The notes under the pieces: generated by a model
Database searches by the model: none
Seen by the model: only the letters and a program-made list of their open reading frames with translations
What the model was told of the DNA's origin: nothing
Position numbers and translations under genes: made by a program
Part shown: piece after piece, positions 13,690 to 29,172 of the stretch
How positions within the stretch are numbered: the first letter of the stretch is position 1
Layout of the letters: the number at the start of each line of letters is the position of its first letter
NCBI RefSeq assembly: GCF_006345805.1
Contig: NC_043011.1
Location: 43,474,464 to 43,538,463 of the forward strand
From: Octopus sinensis
Lineage: Eukaryota
Direction of reading: 5' to 3'
DNA: 64,000 bases

Positions 13690-13800
13690 CGGCACTTTTT
13701 GGAAGATTATGGTCCCTGTTAGTGAATATGATTTCATTAATGTGCGTTTACTACAGTATTAGAACGGTTTAGCTCTTATTTCTAGCAATGTAGGTGTTAG

Positions 13801-14035
<235 letters not shown>

Positions 14036-14106
14036 TTTACTTACCGATGTGTCTAATTGTGAACGTATTTAACTATTTTTCTTTTATATGTCTCTCTCTT
14101 TTCCAG

Positions 14107-14390
14107 TTTTGCTGCCAACCGAGTTTGATCCTAAACTACACACTATCGAAATTACCTGCCTTCCAGCTGAGTGAAGACAACACAAGCTTCACTGGAGATA
14201 GTCACCTGAGATGCGAACTACCACAATACATATATATGAGCTGTATCATTAGCTTCATTTGCGTGTCTATATTTCTGCGACTCTCGGCCTTGCTCAAACT
14301 TTTCATGATGTTAGCAATGGCCACAGTGTGCATTGTCCTAATGGAATACACGCATAGACCTCTTTTCCAGCAGTTTGACTATTTGCATCA
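14107..14390 (+). CDS. ADCY1: Adenylyl cyclase exon: extracellular loop plus two M2 transmembrane helices (FCCQ...CELPQYIYMSCIISFICVSIFLRLSALLKLFMML...FDYLH)
   Basis: Polypyrimidine tract + ttccag acceptor; CA|GTAAGT donor (phase 2). The C-x-x-P-x-Y and FLRLS..LK pattern is typical of the AC M2 region. Confidence 0.9.
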
Positions 14391-14553
14391 GTAAGTGGAC
14401 CGTCACTCATATAGATTGTATTTTTTCGTGTTTTTCGTCTTCTTTCTTTACGATCCAGAAATCAAACGGTCATGATGGGATCAACTAGTATGCAACTTCG
14501 CTTTTCCATGCCCATCCTTATGTCTGGTATATCATTATTATTATTATTATTAT

Positions 14554-14595
<42 letters not shown>

Positions 14596-14602
14596 CAGCA
14601 GG

Positions 14603-14662
<60 letters not shown>

Positions 14663-14996
14663 TGTAGTAGTATCATGATCATCATCATTCAGCGGTATCA
14701 GCGCCAAGCTGTGTTTATGCGCAAGCGAACTTTAGGTTAGTTAAAATGTGTTAGTAATATATTTCAGCTTTTAAAGGTAAATTCACTCCAGTTCCCGTGG
14801 AGAGAAACTACCATATCTGCCCAGTAATGCTTCTATCGGATCCCTAGACAGCGTTTGTTGCTATTTTGCGTTTAGAAGCTACAGTTTGTCACAAACGAAC
14901 TAAAGTTCGCTTTTGCCTAAACACTTCTTGGCACTGACACTGCAGAATTTCTTCCCGATAGGGAGCAAGAATGGACAGAAATGGTGATTTTACCCC

Positions 14997-15406
14997 TTTA
15001 CTCTTTACTCTTTTACTTGTTTCAGTCATTTGACTGCAGCCATGCTGGAGCACCGCCTTTAGTCGATCAAATCGACCCCGGGACTTATTCTTTGTAAGCC
15101 CAGTACTTATTCTATCGGTCTGTTTTGCCGAACCGCTAAGTGACGGGGACGTAAACACACCACCATCGGTTGTCAAGCAATGTTAGGGGGACAAACACAG
15201 ACACACAAACACATGCACATACACATACATACATATACATATACGACAGGCTTCTTTCAGTTTCCGTCTACCAAATCCACTCACAAGGCGTTGGTCGGCC
15301 CGGGGCTACAGCAGAAGACACTTGCCCAAGATGCCACGCAGTGGGACTGAACCCGGAACCATGTGGTTGGTTAGCAAGCTACTTACCACACAGCCACTCC
15401 TGCGCC
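14997..15406 (-). mobile_element. SINE family B
   Basis: Full-length copy. Confidence 0.85.
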
Positions 15407-15722
15407 AATCATCATAAAAGAAATTTTTTTTCAGCATGGTAACAACAGTTAATTTACCTTTAGAAATCCAATATATCACAAACTTTTTAACCAACCTAAA
15501 ATTTGCTGTGAATTTATTGAAAGGTGGGTGAAAGTTGCGAAAACGGCAACAGTGGGTGGTACCGTTCTGAGGTAGACCTGTGAGTCGGAGAAAGAGGATT
15601 GGAGGGGGTACTTGCCCTTGGTGTCCAAGGAGATCTTGGACAGTGAGGTTACTCGATTATCCCTAGAGTTTCTCCTGTTTCAGGATGACCACATCACCAT
15701 CATTTTTTTAAACCTTTAAATA

Positions 15723-16120
15723 TCTTTATATATAAAAGTGAGGTTGTGTGTCTGTCTCCTACGATTTAGATTCCTAACTATTCCCACATTTTGCGGTGCA
15801 GTTTAACCAAAACCGGGTATCTTGTAGTCGTGATTCATATCGAGCCCTTTTGGGTATTAGCGCGCGTCTACGATGAGTCTACGATTTTAAAAATAATTTA
15901 CCATCATTTTTTTTCCATTTTAATGCATTTTTTCGCTATTATATAAGGGAAGTAACTCTCTAAAAATGTCTACGATGAGTCTACGATTTAAAAAAAAATT
16001 TACCATAATTTTTTTTCCATTTTTAATGCATTTTTTGCTATTTTTTGGCTATAACTCTCTAAAAATGCTTATATAGTTATTTCCCTTACAAACCCGAGCA
16101 ACGCCGGGCGATACTGCTAG
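15723..16120 (+). mobile_element. Non-autonomous Helitron
   Basis: Inserted between A and T with no TSD; 5' TC, subterminal GC hairpin cccgagcaacgccggg (16093-16108) and 3' CTAG; internal ~70-nt duplication. Confidence 0.8.
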
Positions 16121-16288
16121 TTATATATACATCTCTTGGTTGTATACCGTATATAATTACTCCTTTTTATTTACCTGCTTATTTTATCATTTCATTGTAT
16201 GTAAACCCCATCATTTTATGTCTCTTTGTATTGACCCTTTATCTTTCGCCCTGATGGCATATAAAATAAATTGTCTTTTTTTTTATAG

Positions 16289-16409
16289 TTCGGTGATTCC
16301 GACGGATGTAGTTGGCATAGTTGCCCTTATTATCTTCATCATCACGTTTTATGTACATGGCAGAAAGCAAGAATGGACCTACAGACTAGATTTTCTCTGG
16401 AAAACTCAA
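16289..16409 (+). CDS. ADCY1: Adenylyl cyclase exon: last TM helix and start of helical domain (SVIPTDVVGIVALIIFIITFYVHGRKQEWTYRLDFLWKTQ)
   Basis: tttttatag acceptor; the first base completes the CA+T His codon; CAA|GTAACG donor; RLDFLW motif. Confidence 0.95.
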
Positions 16410-16464
16410 GTAACGACTTTTATATTTTCTTCCCACTTCGTCTTATTTTAAATGTTGTAATTGT

Positions 16465-16834
16465 GTGGAGGCGCAATGGCCCAGTGGTTAGGGCAGCGGA
16501 CTCGCGGTCATAGGATCGCGGTTTCGATTCCCAGACCGGGCATTGTGAGTGTTTATTGAGCGAAAACACCTAAAAGCTCCACGAGGCTCCGGCAGGGGAT
16601 GGTGGTGATCCCTGCTGTACTCTTTCACCACAACTTTCTCTCACTCTTACTTCCTGTTTCTGTTGTACCTGTATTTCAAAGGGCCGGCCTTGTCACTCTC
16701 TGTGTCACGCTGAATATCCCCGAGATACTACGTTAAGGGTACACGTGTCTGTGGAGTGCTCAGCCACTTACACGTTAATTTCACGAGCAGGCTGTTCCGT
16801 TGATTCGGATCAACCGGAACCCTCGTCGTCGTAA
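16465..16834 (+). mobile_element. tRNA-derived SINE family A
   Basis: Near-identical to the other two copies; starts ~55 nt after an exon donor. Confidence 0.85.
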
Positions 16835-17656
16835 TTGTGTTTATTGTTGATACTTTCTACACTTAGTGTAAGATTAACCTCAACAATGCAGCCTATGTGA
16901 GACACCCGTCATATCTATTGTGATCATTATTTATATAATTAGTTTGCTTCAGAATGGTTTATTTCCTATATTAGAATATTCTGAAGTACATAATAGCAAT
17001 TTTAAAGATATTTGCATTTCTTTAAATATTTTAAGGACGCCGTTACTCTTTAAATTAAATATTTCGAGGACATAGGCACTCTTAGATATGAACGTTCATT
17101 GAAAGATCTGTTCCCTGCCAGGGATGATTTTACACTCTTCTGTCTCATTTATAGGTTATTGAAATGAATGAAACTTCCTCATAGTAACTATTTATACCTA
17201 ACAGGATTGCAATGTAGGGAACTTCTACATTAACATACCTAATATTTATGATTAATTGGAGGATAATTTCCAGAGTATTTATTTCAAGCTAGACTGTACA
17301 TTTAATGGCACATTTTTATAGATATTGAAAACTAAGTGTTCTTTGCTAGTAAACGCTACGTGTCGTGAATATGGAAGGAGTCATTGACGGAATGCATGAA
17401 TCGTTAACACTAGTCTCAGTAAGCAGAATTTATATCAATTCAACTTGGTGCAGTTCTCATGCAGAAATACGTGCAGGCGTACATTAATACCCCACTTTTA
17501 ATATATGTCTCACCTCCTACTCCCTGTATTTCAATCGGGTTGCTTTGTGTAAAAGAATATATAAAATGGCAGATGTAGCATTGTAACTTAGCAATCAGTA
17601 TGAGGGTTGTCAACATTTGTTTAATTACTGAAAGTCTCTTAATATTTAGGATACTT

Positions 17657-17870
17657 AAGGCGGTGAGCTGGCAGAATCATTAACACGCCTGACAAAATGC
17701 TTAGCGGCTTATCTTGTCTTTACATTCAGAGTTCAAATTCCACCGGGATCAACTTCGACTTTCATCGTTTCGGGGTCGATAAAATAAGTACTAGCTGAGC
17801 ACTTCGGTCGATGTAATCGGCTTGCACCTCCCCCAAAATTGCTGGTTATGTGCTGAAAATTTGAAGTTAA
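17657..17870 (+). mobile_element. SINE family C
   Basis: aaggcggtgagctggcagaa...gagttcaaattcc...ctttcatc.tttcggggtcgataaaataagtac, repeated across the window. Confidence 0.8.
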
Positions 17871-18491
17871 TATCTAGGATATTTCATCGTATAAAATTAA
17901 ACGAAATTTACTGTGAAAAATATTAACTATTCGCTGTTAATGGTGTAGTTTTTTCATTAACAAGCACGAGACACACACACTTCGGTAGTTTTAAACTTGC
18001 TTTAGTATCTTCGGGGACCATGTATTTTGGTCATATCTGCCGAGTGCTCCTGATTAGATTTGCTAGATAGAGTCGTATATTTGTTAACAGAGAGACAGAG
18101 AAAGATGGAAAGAGTGGGAGAGAAAGAGAAAGATAGACAGAAACAAAGGGAAAGTGAAGATAACGTTTAAAATATTCAAAAGCTCTTAGACAGCAACTGC
18201 TTCGTAAACGGTATTTAAGAGATAAAAAGAAAATAGTGCTTCAAAAATTAAAACGGAAAAGTATAGTGAAGAATTATATTGATAATAGTTTGGGGTTGCG
18301 AAAATACATTTATCATCGACAAGAATAGTGAAACCGAACGTTTCACAATTGTTTAAGAATCTCAAGCGGAAGTATAATATCTGCCTATCTACCAAAAATG
18401 TTATTGATTAAATCATTAGCTAAAAATACAAAATTTTATATTTGTTTGTTATCATTACTGATATCTTGTGTCTGTTTCCATGTTTTTCTAG

Positions 18492-18611
18492 GCAACGGAG
18501 GAGAAAATAGAAATGACAGAACTACAAACTAACAACCGTCAAATACTATGTAACCTTTTACCGGCTCACGTAGCAGTCCATTTTATTGATCACCAAAATA
18601 ATACACATATG
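18492..18611 (+). CDS. ADCY1: Adenylyl cyclase exon: helical domain (ATEEKIEMTELQTNNRQILCNLLPAHVAVHFIDHQNNTHM)
   Basis: tttttctag acceptor, ATG|GTGAGT donor, 120 nt, phase 0-0; NLLPAHVA motif. Confidence 0.96.
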
Positions 18612-19284
18612 GTGAGTACAGGTACACACGTACACAGGTACATACACACGTACACACATACACAGGTACATACACACGTACACACATACACAAACACACA
18701 AATACATACACTTTAATTTTTTACAAAGTAAAGGTTGACTGTAATTCGGAGCTTCGGCTTGTTCTCCATCATCGAATTGTTTAATTACATTTCTATAAAA
18801 CTTCACATACAAACATTTAAAACTCACTACACACGCGTGCACGCGCACCCACACACACTGAGTGCATCTTGCGTGTCCAAGTAATGCACAAATGCTAATG
18901 TTAAATTTAGAGCTCTATGTAGATTGTCATCGTCCAAATCTGCTTCCACTATAGTGGGTTGAGTAACTACTGCACTTAGGAGTGTTTATTTCTCTTATAC
19001 AAACCAAGTCGGGAAGAAATTATAATAATCACAAGTTTCAATTATTTGCTCATACGTACGTTTCACCAATGTGGTTCTTTTGTAACAATGCTTTGCATGT
19101 TCCGGATTCAATTCTCAGTAACCAAATGTTCTGGATGCAATTCTCAGTAAAGTGTTCCCTGGTGAACCATTGTGATTAAGCATCAAACAGTATATTGGTG
19201 AAATGTATGTGGGAATTAATAATATAAACTTCTATCAATCCTAATTTTTCTTACAGACACACACACACGCATACATATATATGC

Positions 19285-19335
<51 letters not shown>

Positions 19336-19349
19336 CATATATATAACAC

Positions 19350-19382
<33 letters not shown>

Positions 19383-19444
19383 TATACATACGTATATATA
19401 TATATATATATAGATATATATGTTCATACACACACACACATATG

Positions 19445-19555
<111 letters not shown>

Positions 19556-19848
19556 ATTATAATTACTATGATTATTATTTGTTGCTTACATATTTGTATT
19601 GTCTTTTGAAACGTACGTATGTATTGAATCCCATTTTGTATTAAATCTAATTTTGATTCAACATCTTTTTCGCCTCCATTTTTTATACTTGTTCATGGTA
19701 TATTCATACCTATAACGATATTTATCAACTGTTATTTTCATATTCGTACTACTTGCTGTGGCTGTTTTTATGAATATAATGAATCTATTAGAAATTACTT
19801 TTTTCTCTCTTCAAAAATTTTGAATTGTTCTTTTTGAACTTATCCCCC

Positions 19849-19921
<73 letters not shown>

Positions 19922-20696
19922 TCACACAAACATGTAGTGGCTTCATGTTAGCATAGAATGCAATTAAACAAGAAGGAAAAAGAGAACCTATTCAATAGTG
20001 TAAAGTAAGGTAAAAAAAAATTATTGAAGGGTGAAACTATGTGAGCCCCTGATCCATATTTCTCAATTCCGATCTTCAGGCTGCTTATATCACGGATCCT
20101 GAAAAAGTCTTACGTAGACATCCGGTAGATCTGCATGCGTCCTCTAGAAAACAAGTCGGAGGAAATGATTGACATTTCTAATGGATACTGAACAATCTGT
20201 AGGACAACAGTTGAAAATTTTAAAATATATTTAAAAAACATTGAAAATATCGGTAAAACATCGAAAAATTGTAATGTGGCTTTTCCATTGAAACGCTTTC
20301 GGCAAATTGTCTGGAGAGTTTAAGGAAACTGAGTCGTGAATTTAAAAAAAAATAATTTGCAGTGATTCGGTTATTTTTCTTCTTTATTTTGTATTCCTAT
20401 ATTTCATTGTATTATACATTATTGTTGTTTGCTGGGGGTGGCGAAGGAGTAGGATTTGAATGGCATACATTCTCCATTGACTGAGAGTGTTAGCTAAAAT
20501 GTTTTAATCGTTTAGTTGCAGAGGGCCGTGCTAATTGAAAATTTGGTGTGAAGATAATGACACACAGAATGCATACATGACCAAATTCGTACCCACATAA
20601 ACAACACGCACGCACAAATAAGCAAATTCACAAGTAAATATATATACACTTATACATATACATACATACACAAACATACATACATATATATATACG

Positions 20697-21120
<424 letters not shown>

Positions 21121-21223
21121 TTTATAAATTTAACCTTTAATGGTATTTTTTAATATGCTGGCCATTGATAAAATGTTTTTGGGAAAAAATTTTATCCAAC
21201 ATTAGTTGTTATATATATATATA

Positions 21224-21387
21224 TATATTAGTGTGTTTATGTGCATGCATGGTTGTTATAAACACTCGTGTATATTACGTGTATATATGGGAGCATATAT
21301 ATCTATATATCTATCGATATATATATATACATGCGAATCTGTGCAGACAAAGACGGAAACATATACATGTATATATACATGCATACA

Positions 21388-21447
<60 letters not shown>

Positions 21448-21469
21448 ATGTATATATACACACATAATA

Positions 21470-21504
<35 letters not shown>

Positions 21505-21669
21505 GTATGTATGTATGTATATATACATGTATATGTTTCCGTTTTTGTCTGCACAGATTCGCATGTATATATATATCGTTAGATAGATAGATATACATGC
21601 TCCCGTATATACACGTAATATACACGAGTGTTTATAACAACCATGCATGCACATAAACACACTAATATA
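21224..21669. repeat. ~165-bp inverted repeat (21224-21390 / 21503-21669)
   Basis: Unique blocks such as gcatggttgttataaacactcgtg and catgcgaatctgtgcagacaaa are mirrored. Confidence 0.9.
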
Positions 21670-21794
21670 GCGTATATACACAATCATACATACGTTAATA
21701 TATACCCGCAGAATCGTTAGCACGCCGGGCGAAATGCTTAGTAGTATTACGTCTGCTGCTACGTTCTGAGTTCAAATTCCGCCGAGGTCGACTT

Positions 21795-22272
21795 CTTGTA
21801 GAAACTTGGTTCTCGAGGTGGTCATTAAGCTTTGCAGTACTTCTGAGAGCTGTACTTTTGTTATCCTTTCATACACTTCGCATAAGAGTCCGACAGTCCC
21901 TATCTGAAAGTTTTGGCCTTCTTCCGGAGTTTTGTTTCGAAGAGGAGGTTTTTTCCCATCTTTCTCAAAGGCTGTCATTACTTTCGAGACAGTACTTCTT
22001 GGTACACCAAATATTTCGGCTGTTTTTGTTACGCTAGCGCCTGCCATACGAGCACCAACAATTTGACCTCTTCGAAAGTCCGATAAATCTGTTACTTTAC
22101 TTTTTCTGATGATATCTGAAAAGAAACAGCAATTTTAGCAAAACATATTAAGCAATACTAATAATAAATTAAAGAACATAAAAATAAAGAAGCTTTTGAC
22201 GGTTTTTTTATAGATATTTCAAAATTATGATGCAATAATGCTAGGTGTTTCCATTATTGTGTCCAACCCCTG
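21795..22272 (-). mobile_element. Tc1-like transposon remnant (5' TIR plus N-terminal HTH of transposase)
   Basis: Minus strand begins TA|CAGGGGTTGGACACAATAATGGAAACACC and encodes DLSDFRRGQIVGARMAGASVTKTAEIFGVPRSTVSKV; frameshifted and truncated. Confidence 0.8.
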
Positions 22273-22353
22273 TACACACACACACATTCACACACACACA
22301 TATATACTATATATACACATATATACTATATATACACATATATATATATACAT

Positions 22354-22399
<46 letters not shown>

Positions 22400-23081
22400 T
22401 TGTGTATATGTATATATATACACATTTGTGTATATGTATATATATACATACCATACATACACACACACACAGTGAGACATATGTCAGACATACATATTGT
22501 TGATAAGGAAACAGAGAGACGTAAAACCATGTAGACACAGAACACACACATAACTAGCAGCCTACCTTCTACTTCTAACAGTTTTCTTGTTTTTTGGACG
22601 TTTTTTTTTGAGTAGTTATTCGCATTGCCAAACTTTATCGTTAACCGCACTTAACCATGCTGCTATCGACGATTCCTTCCATAAGACAACCGGACAATAC
22701 ATTGAAGAATGCAAACTTTTCGCAATATCAATTGAATCAAACTAAAAGACCGACCTACAATATGAAAGATACATTCATGAATACCATTCATAACGCCGAT
22801 ATATGATATAAGCCTCTGATAGAATTGAACTGTCCGGTTATTTTCTTATTTATTTTTGTTTTCTTTCACATCTGTTTCCTTTCATAACACAAACAATTGA
22901 ATCTAGAATCTAGAATTTAGAATCCGCCTTCAGTGTTCTTCGCTATAAAACCAGTTAATTTTATTGTTTAATCTTTATATTTATTTTATTTTCATTCAGC
23001 CAATCGTTATTTTCTAAGATAAATGGTTTGATCAAATCTAACATTCTTTCATTTTTTTGTTTTTGCCATTCTTTCTTGCAG

Positions 23082-23228
23082 GAATTATACAGTCAGCAAT
23101 ACAACCGAGTGGGCGTGTTTTTTGCATCGGTGTCTAATTTCTCTGAATTCTATATGGAACTTGATGCCAACAACCAAGGAGTAGAATGCCTACGCGTTTT
23201 GAACGAAATAATTTTTGACTTTGATGAG
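23082..23228 (+). CDS. ADCY1: Adenylyl cyclase exon: start of C2a ([49 protein letters not shown])
   Basis: ttcttgcag acceptor, GAG|GTAACA donor, 147 nt, phase 0-0; strong AC consensus. Confidence 0.97.
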
Positions 23229-24490
23229 GTAACAATAAAGCTTTTTTTCTGGGTTGACGCCTTGCTGAGTTATCTAAGCTTCATTTAAAGAATATTCTTT
23301 TGGAAGGTTTTAAGTGACATTGTTGCCAAGAACGGGACACAACTGAATCTAAACAAAATAGTTTCAGTTACGCGACATAATGAATACGAAATAATATTTC
23401 CTTTTGATTATACATAAAACCATGTTAGAATTAGAGAACGGGTTGTAGCCAATTGAAATGACTCCAATAATTTAACTCTGCTTATTTTAGATATCGCTGC
23501 GGGCTAAATTTATACATTGCAGTTTTTTGTCTGTGAAATCCAATCTTGCAATTGTCTCTTTCATCGCACAATTAACAAAGGGAGACAAGGAAATTGTGTT
23601 ACTGTAACGATCATTATTTTTATGCTTGTTATTTATATATATGTATTTGCATACATGTAGATCTACATAAACATCTATGGAGGCATGTGTAAATGTATGT
23701 ATATGTGTATGCATCTAGAGAGAAATATCGATATAGATAGACCACGTGGTCGGCCAGACTATTGAATGTTGTTACACATCGCTGGTCACACTGCACTTTG
23801 CATCGTTTTAGGTTTCGAATGATACCACCCGCTGGCTAGATGAGCAGGCCAACATTCATCTGATCGAAGGTAAATCTTCACAGTTACGCATTTACTGCTG
23901 AGTAGACTGCAGCAACGTGAAATGAGGTGTTTTGCTCAAGAACACAATGCGCTGCTCATCCAGGAATCGAACCTACAATCGTCGATCGTGAGTGCGACGT
24001 CCTAACCACTGGGCCATGCGCTTTCACAAATATAGATATATAGATATACTTTACTGGATTTCGGTTAGTGATATTATGGTTCATCGCTCTCTCTCCCTCT
24101 CGTATGATAAGAACTCTGCTTACCATCCACAGGGTTCCAGATTCAGTCTCACAGCGTGGACGCTTACTCAGATGCCCTAGTATAGCCCTGGGCTGACCAA
24201 AGCCTTCTAAGTAGACTTGATAGATGGAAACCGAAAGAATCCGGTCATCAGTGTGTGTGTGTGTGTCTTTTATTTTCTCCCGCTACCGCTTGACAGGAGT
24301 TGTGGTTTGTTTACGCTCTAACAGTTTCTTAAACCGGAACTTAGCGGTCTGGCATAAGAGAGCGGTATAACAAGAAGCAAGCTTCAAAATGATGTACATG
24401 GGTCGATTCGCTTAACTAAAACACTTCAACGAGGAGTTCCCGAATGGCCAGGTTCTAATGACTGAAAGAAGTAAAAAATATATATGTATG

Positions 24491-24570
<80 letters not shown>

Positions 24571-24602
24571 TATATTATATATTGTATATATATATATATA
24601 TA

Positions 24603-24644
<42 letters not shown>

Positions 24645-24872
24645 GGTGCTCCAGCATGACCGCAGTCAAATGACTGAAACAAGAAACAAGAAAAAGAAAT
24701 AATATAAGTGTGTGTGTGTACATATATATACAATATTATATTTGTGGGGGGTATTATATATATATATACATATATAGATAGATATATACACATACATATA
24801 TACATACATAAAAATATGCATATTTGTATGTATGTATGTGTATATATATATATATATGATTGCATATGTATA

Positions 24873-24920
<48 letters not shown>

Positions 24921-25395
24921 ACATATATATATATATATATTACATATATATATATAGATAGATAGATTATATACATATATAAATTGACCAGATAAGAGAA
25001 CTGACGAAACAGATGTTTATTTAATTTGTTAACAGCTGTTTTTTCTTTAAATCCGTGTGTGGTTACATCAACGTGGCTACACCATCCGCTCATATATATA
25101 TATATAAATATAGCCGCGCCCCAGGCGGAGAGCTTACTGTGAGCTCTGTTTCATTCGTCAAAACCCCTATATTTGTTGTGTGTATGTGTGTACGTGTAAA
25201 TAGGTAGAAATGAAAGCAAAATATAGAGAACAGGGAGTCATATAGAAAGAAATGCAGATAAAGCTAGAAAGAGCAAGGAAATAAATGAGAGGTACGCAGA
25301 ACAAGAGGGGTGAACGATGGAGCATGGCAAATTGAAAGGGTAGACAGAAAGGATTGAGTGTAAGAGATTGAGAATAGTATGTATTTCTCTCTCTT

Positions 25396-25456
<61 letters not shown>

Positions 25457-25537
25457 AATAATATATAAACATATGCATATATACATACATATATGTACAT
25501 ACCTACACATATATGTATATATATATATATGTATATA

Positions 25538-25720
25538 TGGGTACAGGACATCAAAAAACCGTTGAACACAATGAGAAACGAAAACATAAAAACAAAAACA
25601 TAGAAATGTACTCTTTTTTCGAACTACGAAAAAGAACAAACACAGAAACGAGACATGCAATATAAAGAATATTCTCTTTCTTCAGTTGTCCCTCTTTCAT
25701 CTACTCCACGTTTCGAAGGC
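25538..25720. mobile_element. Short interspersed element (family F), copy 1
   Basis: gggtacaggacatcaaaaaa...gagacatgcaa.ataaagaatattc...cagttgtccct...cgtttc is repeated at 32068; sits in TA-rich microsatellite. Confidence 0.6.
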
Positions 25721-26027
25721 ATAGATCTTTGTGTGTGTGCGTGATATATATATATATATATATACATTTCACATATCACGATTTTACTGCGTCGTTGCAG
25801 AGAGCAACGTCCATCAGGCTTTCGGGATCTCCGAGATTGAGATTAGAAGGAGGAAAGGAGGTTATCCTTTAGCCTGAGACACGGTCTGATCTGAAGGCTT
25901 CCTTCAGAGTGAACAATACTATCTCTCTTTCAAAGTGGTTTTAAATCCAAGTGATGGATTTAACCCGCTGCACTCGAGTAAATACCCTTCCATATATATC
26001 CATACACGATTCTATGTATGTATATAT

Positions 26028-26122
<95 letters not shown>

Positions 26123-26159
26123 ATTATATATATATATAATATATAATATATAATATATA

Positions 26160-26200
<41 letters not shown>

Positions 26201-26321
26201 TATATTATACACACATTGTGTGTTTGTGTGTGTGTGTGCATCCATTCATGCACTTATATGCATGCCATATCACTCGTGAATTTACACATGACACACACAA
26301 GACCAGGAGCAAGCTTACACA

Positions 26322-26357
<36 letters not shown>

Positions 26358-28399
26358 ACACATATATATATATATATATGCATGCATTCACTAATACATA
26401 TACATACATACATGCAAAAGGATGAAGGTCCTTCCCGGGCCATCGGCTCATAAGGCCGGTTTACCGGAATCTGTGGCGTAAATATTCCACTCGCTGGACT
26501 TGACGCCGATCTGTCGCAGAAATACTCCTTTTTGCCAGATGAGAGCTCAAGAACGCATCTCCCAATCCAGGAATCGAAACTATAATTTTACGATCACGAG
26601 TGCAACACCCTAACCACTAAGCCGTGCGACTCTACATGTGCACGTGTTCATACTAATAGACCTACATGTAGATTCACAAACATATGTATATATTACCCTC
26701 CCCATGTATCTTTACGTAACCCGTACATACATATTCACACATATACACTTATACATACGTACATAACTGCACACATACACACACTCATTAACTTCCATAC
26801 ACTTATATATATTTCCACATATATGTAAGCTTACATACATATGGTTCCATTCATACATAAATACGTATATGCATACATATAGGGATACACATACACACAC
26901 TTATGTAAGTATGTATACATGCATACATATATAAATATATATGTATATATATATATATATATACATATATACATATGTATAAATATATATATATATGTAT
27001 GTATGTATATATATATATCACTTTATATACCCATATCCATACACATGCATACGTCTATACACAAATGTCTAAATATACACGCGCACAGCACACACAACAT
27101 AGATACAGACAGAAAAAGTACATACCTACTCACACACACACACACACAGACTCACACACGTACACACACGCCCGAGCACACACACACACACACACATGCG
27201 CACACACCTAAATACATAATCTATTCTACAACAGAAGAGATTATGCAACACAAGTTCTTTTTTCCTTCTATTTTCTTCAATGCTGAAACAGAACAGAAAT
27301 CTGTTAATGTTTCTTAATGTCTTCTAATTAATTCTAGGAATCAACTGGAATTTCATAACATTTATTTTATTTTGAATTATTTGCATCTTTAATGTTTTTC
27401 TTCTTCATGCCTTTACAATAGTAATATCCTTCATTTTCTGTTCTATTCTAAAACTGCTGCGAAAATTCATACTATTAATTTTTCGTTTTCTTTTTACATT
27501 TTTAGGGTAGGGTGATGTTATGTTTAACTGGAAAACCTTTTACAATCTGACAGCTATAATTAATGTGTCCAGAACAATTTCTCGCTAATCATTAATATTT
27601 TCGTAGTGTATTTTCATGCAAAGCAAACGCAAAAGTTTAGCTGGTTGCTTAATTGTTCGATGTACACAATAGTTTAACTAACATTTGTGAAGAAGAGAAC
27701 CTACATCGGCTTAAATAGTGGCACTTATAATAAAAGATTGCATGACCCGGACAATAAATATATATGAATCGACGTTAACGTTTGTGACACAAAACTTCTT
27801 TATCGTTGCATAGTAAATGTAGAGCAAAGGACAAGCAGAGAGACCGTTAATAAATGTATAAATTTATAGACTTGTGTCTCTTATGCCATTGTGTTCCTCT
27901 CGAAACAGATAAGAGACATTGCAGAAATATATATTTGTAAATTACTGTCTCTTTTCTGCAACGTTTCTGATAAGAGCTTCATCCGTGGCAAACAGAAGTA
28001 ACAGAGTATGAGATAAACTCCATAAATATACATATATATGTTCCATCGGTCTCTCTCTACTTCCGGTCACTTGAACAATGTAGCTACACACGTTCAGTCC
28101 AGGAATGGAAACTAAAATGTTACGAACATGAGAGCAACAGCCTAACCACTAAGCTACTCATCACGACAATATATATTTTATCTTTTATTTTTTACTTGTT
28201 TCACTCATTAGATAGCAGCCATGATGGTGCACCGCCTTGAAGAATTTTTGTCGAATACATAGACCCCCTAGTATTTATTTTTTAAAGCCTAGTACTTATT
28301 TTATCGGTATCTTTTACCGAACCTCTAAGTCACAGTGACGTAAACACACCAGCGCTGACCGTCAAGCGGTAGTGGGGTGGGGCAAATACAAGCACAAAG

Positions 28400-28432
<33 letters not shown>

Positions 28433-29128
28433 AATATGTGTATACGTATGTATGGTGTGAGTGTATGTGTGTATGGAGTGACAGAAAAAAGGGGAGAGAG
28501 AGAGAGTTGGCGACTACTATCTGCTCTCTGTGAACGTATTCGAGACAAAGCCTTCATCAGCGGGATATAAAATACACATTGTAAAAGAAAGAGGCGACAA
28601 TAAATACCTGTTTATAGACTTATGTCGCTGATCTCCGTTCATTCTGTAAAGATATTGTTTAAAGATTTATTCCCACGGCATACAAACATATCTCACTCCT
28701 TCCCCGCTCTCCCTTTCAGATACAGACACACACACACGACGCGCGCGAGCATGCATGCACGCATGAACACATATACATACTGATACATGCAAATATATAT
28801 ACAATCAGGCCCATAAATACTAAGAATATAATTAACGCTTACACGTACAAGCACAAGCAGACGCATAAGAATACGCACGCATAACCACATCCGTAAATAC
28901 ACATAGACTGATGCACAGAGACGCAAACACACACTCACACATATGCATACATACACATGCGCACGCATGCACAGTTACAAACAGACACACAGACTTTGCA
29001 ACAAATGCACAGCGCATATAAACACACACACACACACATACGCGCGCATACACACGCACTAATATACGAAGCGACATAAAACATTTCAGAGTCACATAAA
29101 CAAGCATAGAAACACTCGGAGAAAGAGA

Positions 29129-29172
<44 letters not shown>

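Noticed and set aside
16465-16545. tRNA-like sequence (also at 2805 and 63292)
   Set aside because: These are SINE heads continuing into repeated bodies, not stand-alone tRNA genes.
19600-19625. GAAACGTACGTA half-core
   Set aside because: No upstream CUGAnGA.
20045-20090. Minus-strand CTGAAGA...GAAA...ATC hammerhead-like string
   Set aside because: Stem II is only 2 bp and stem I does not pair.
28530-28566. Minus-strand CTGATGA-AGGC(ttt)GTCT-CGAATAC
   Set aside because: The GAAA strand is interrupted and there is no stem I or III; at best a decayed remnant.
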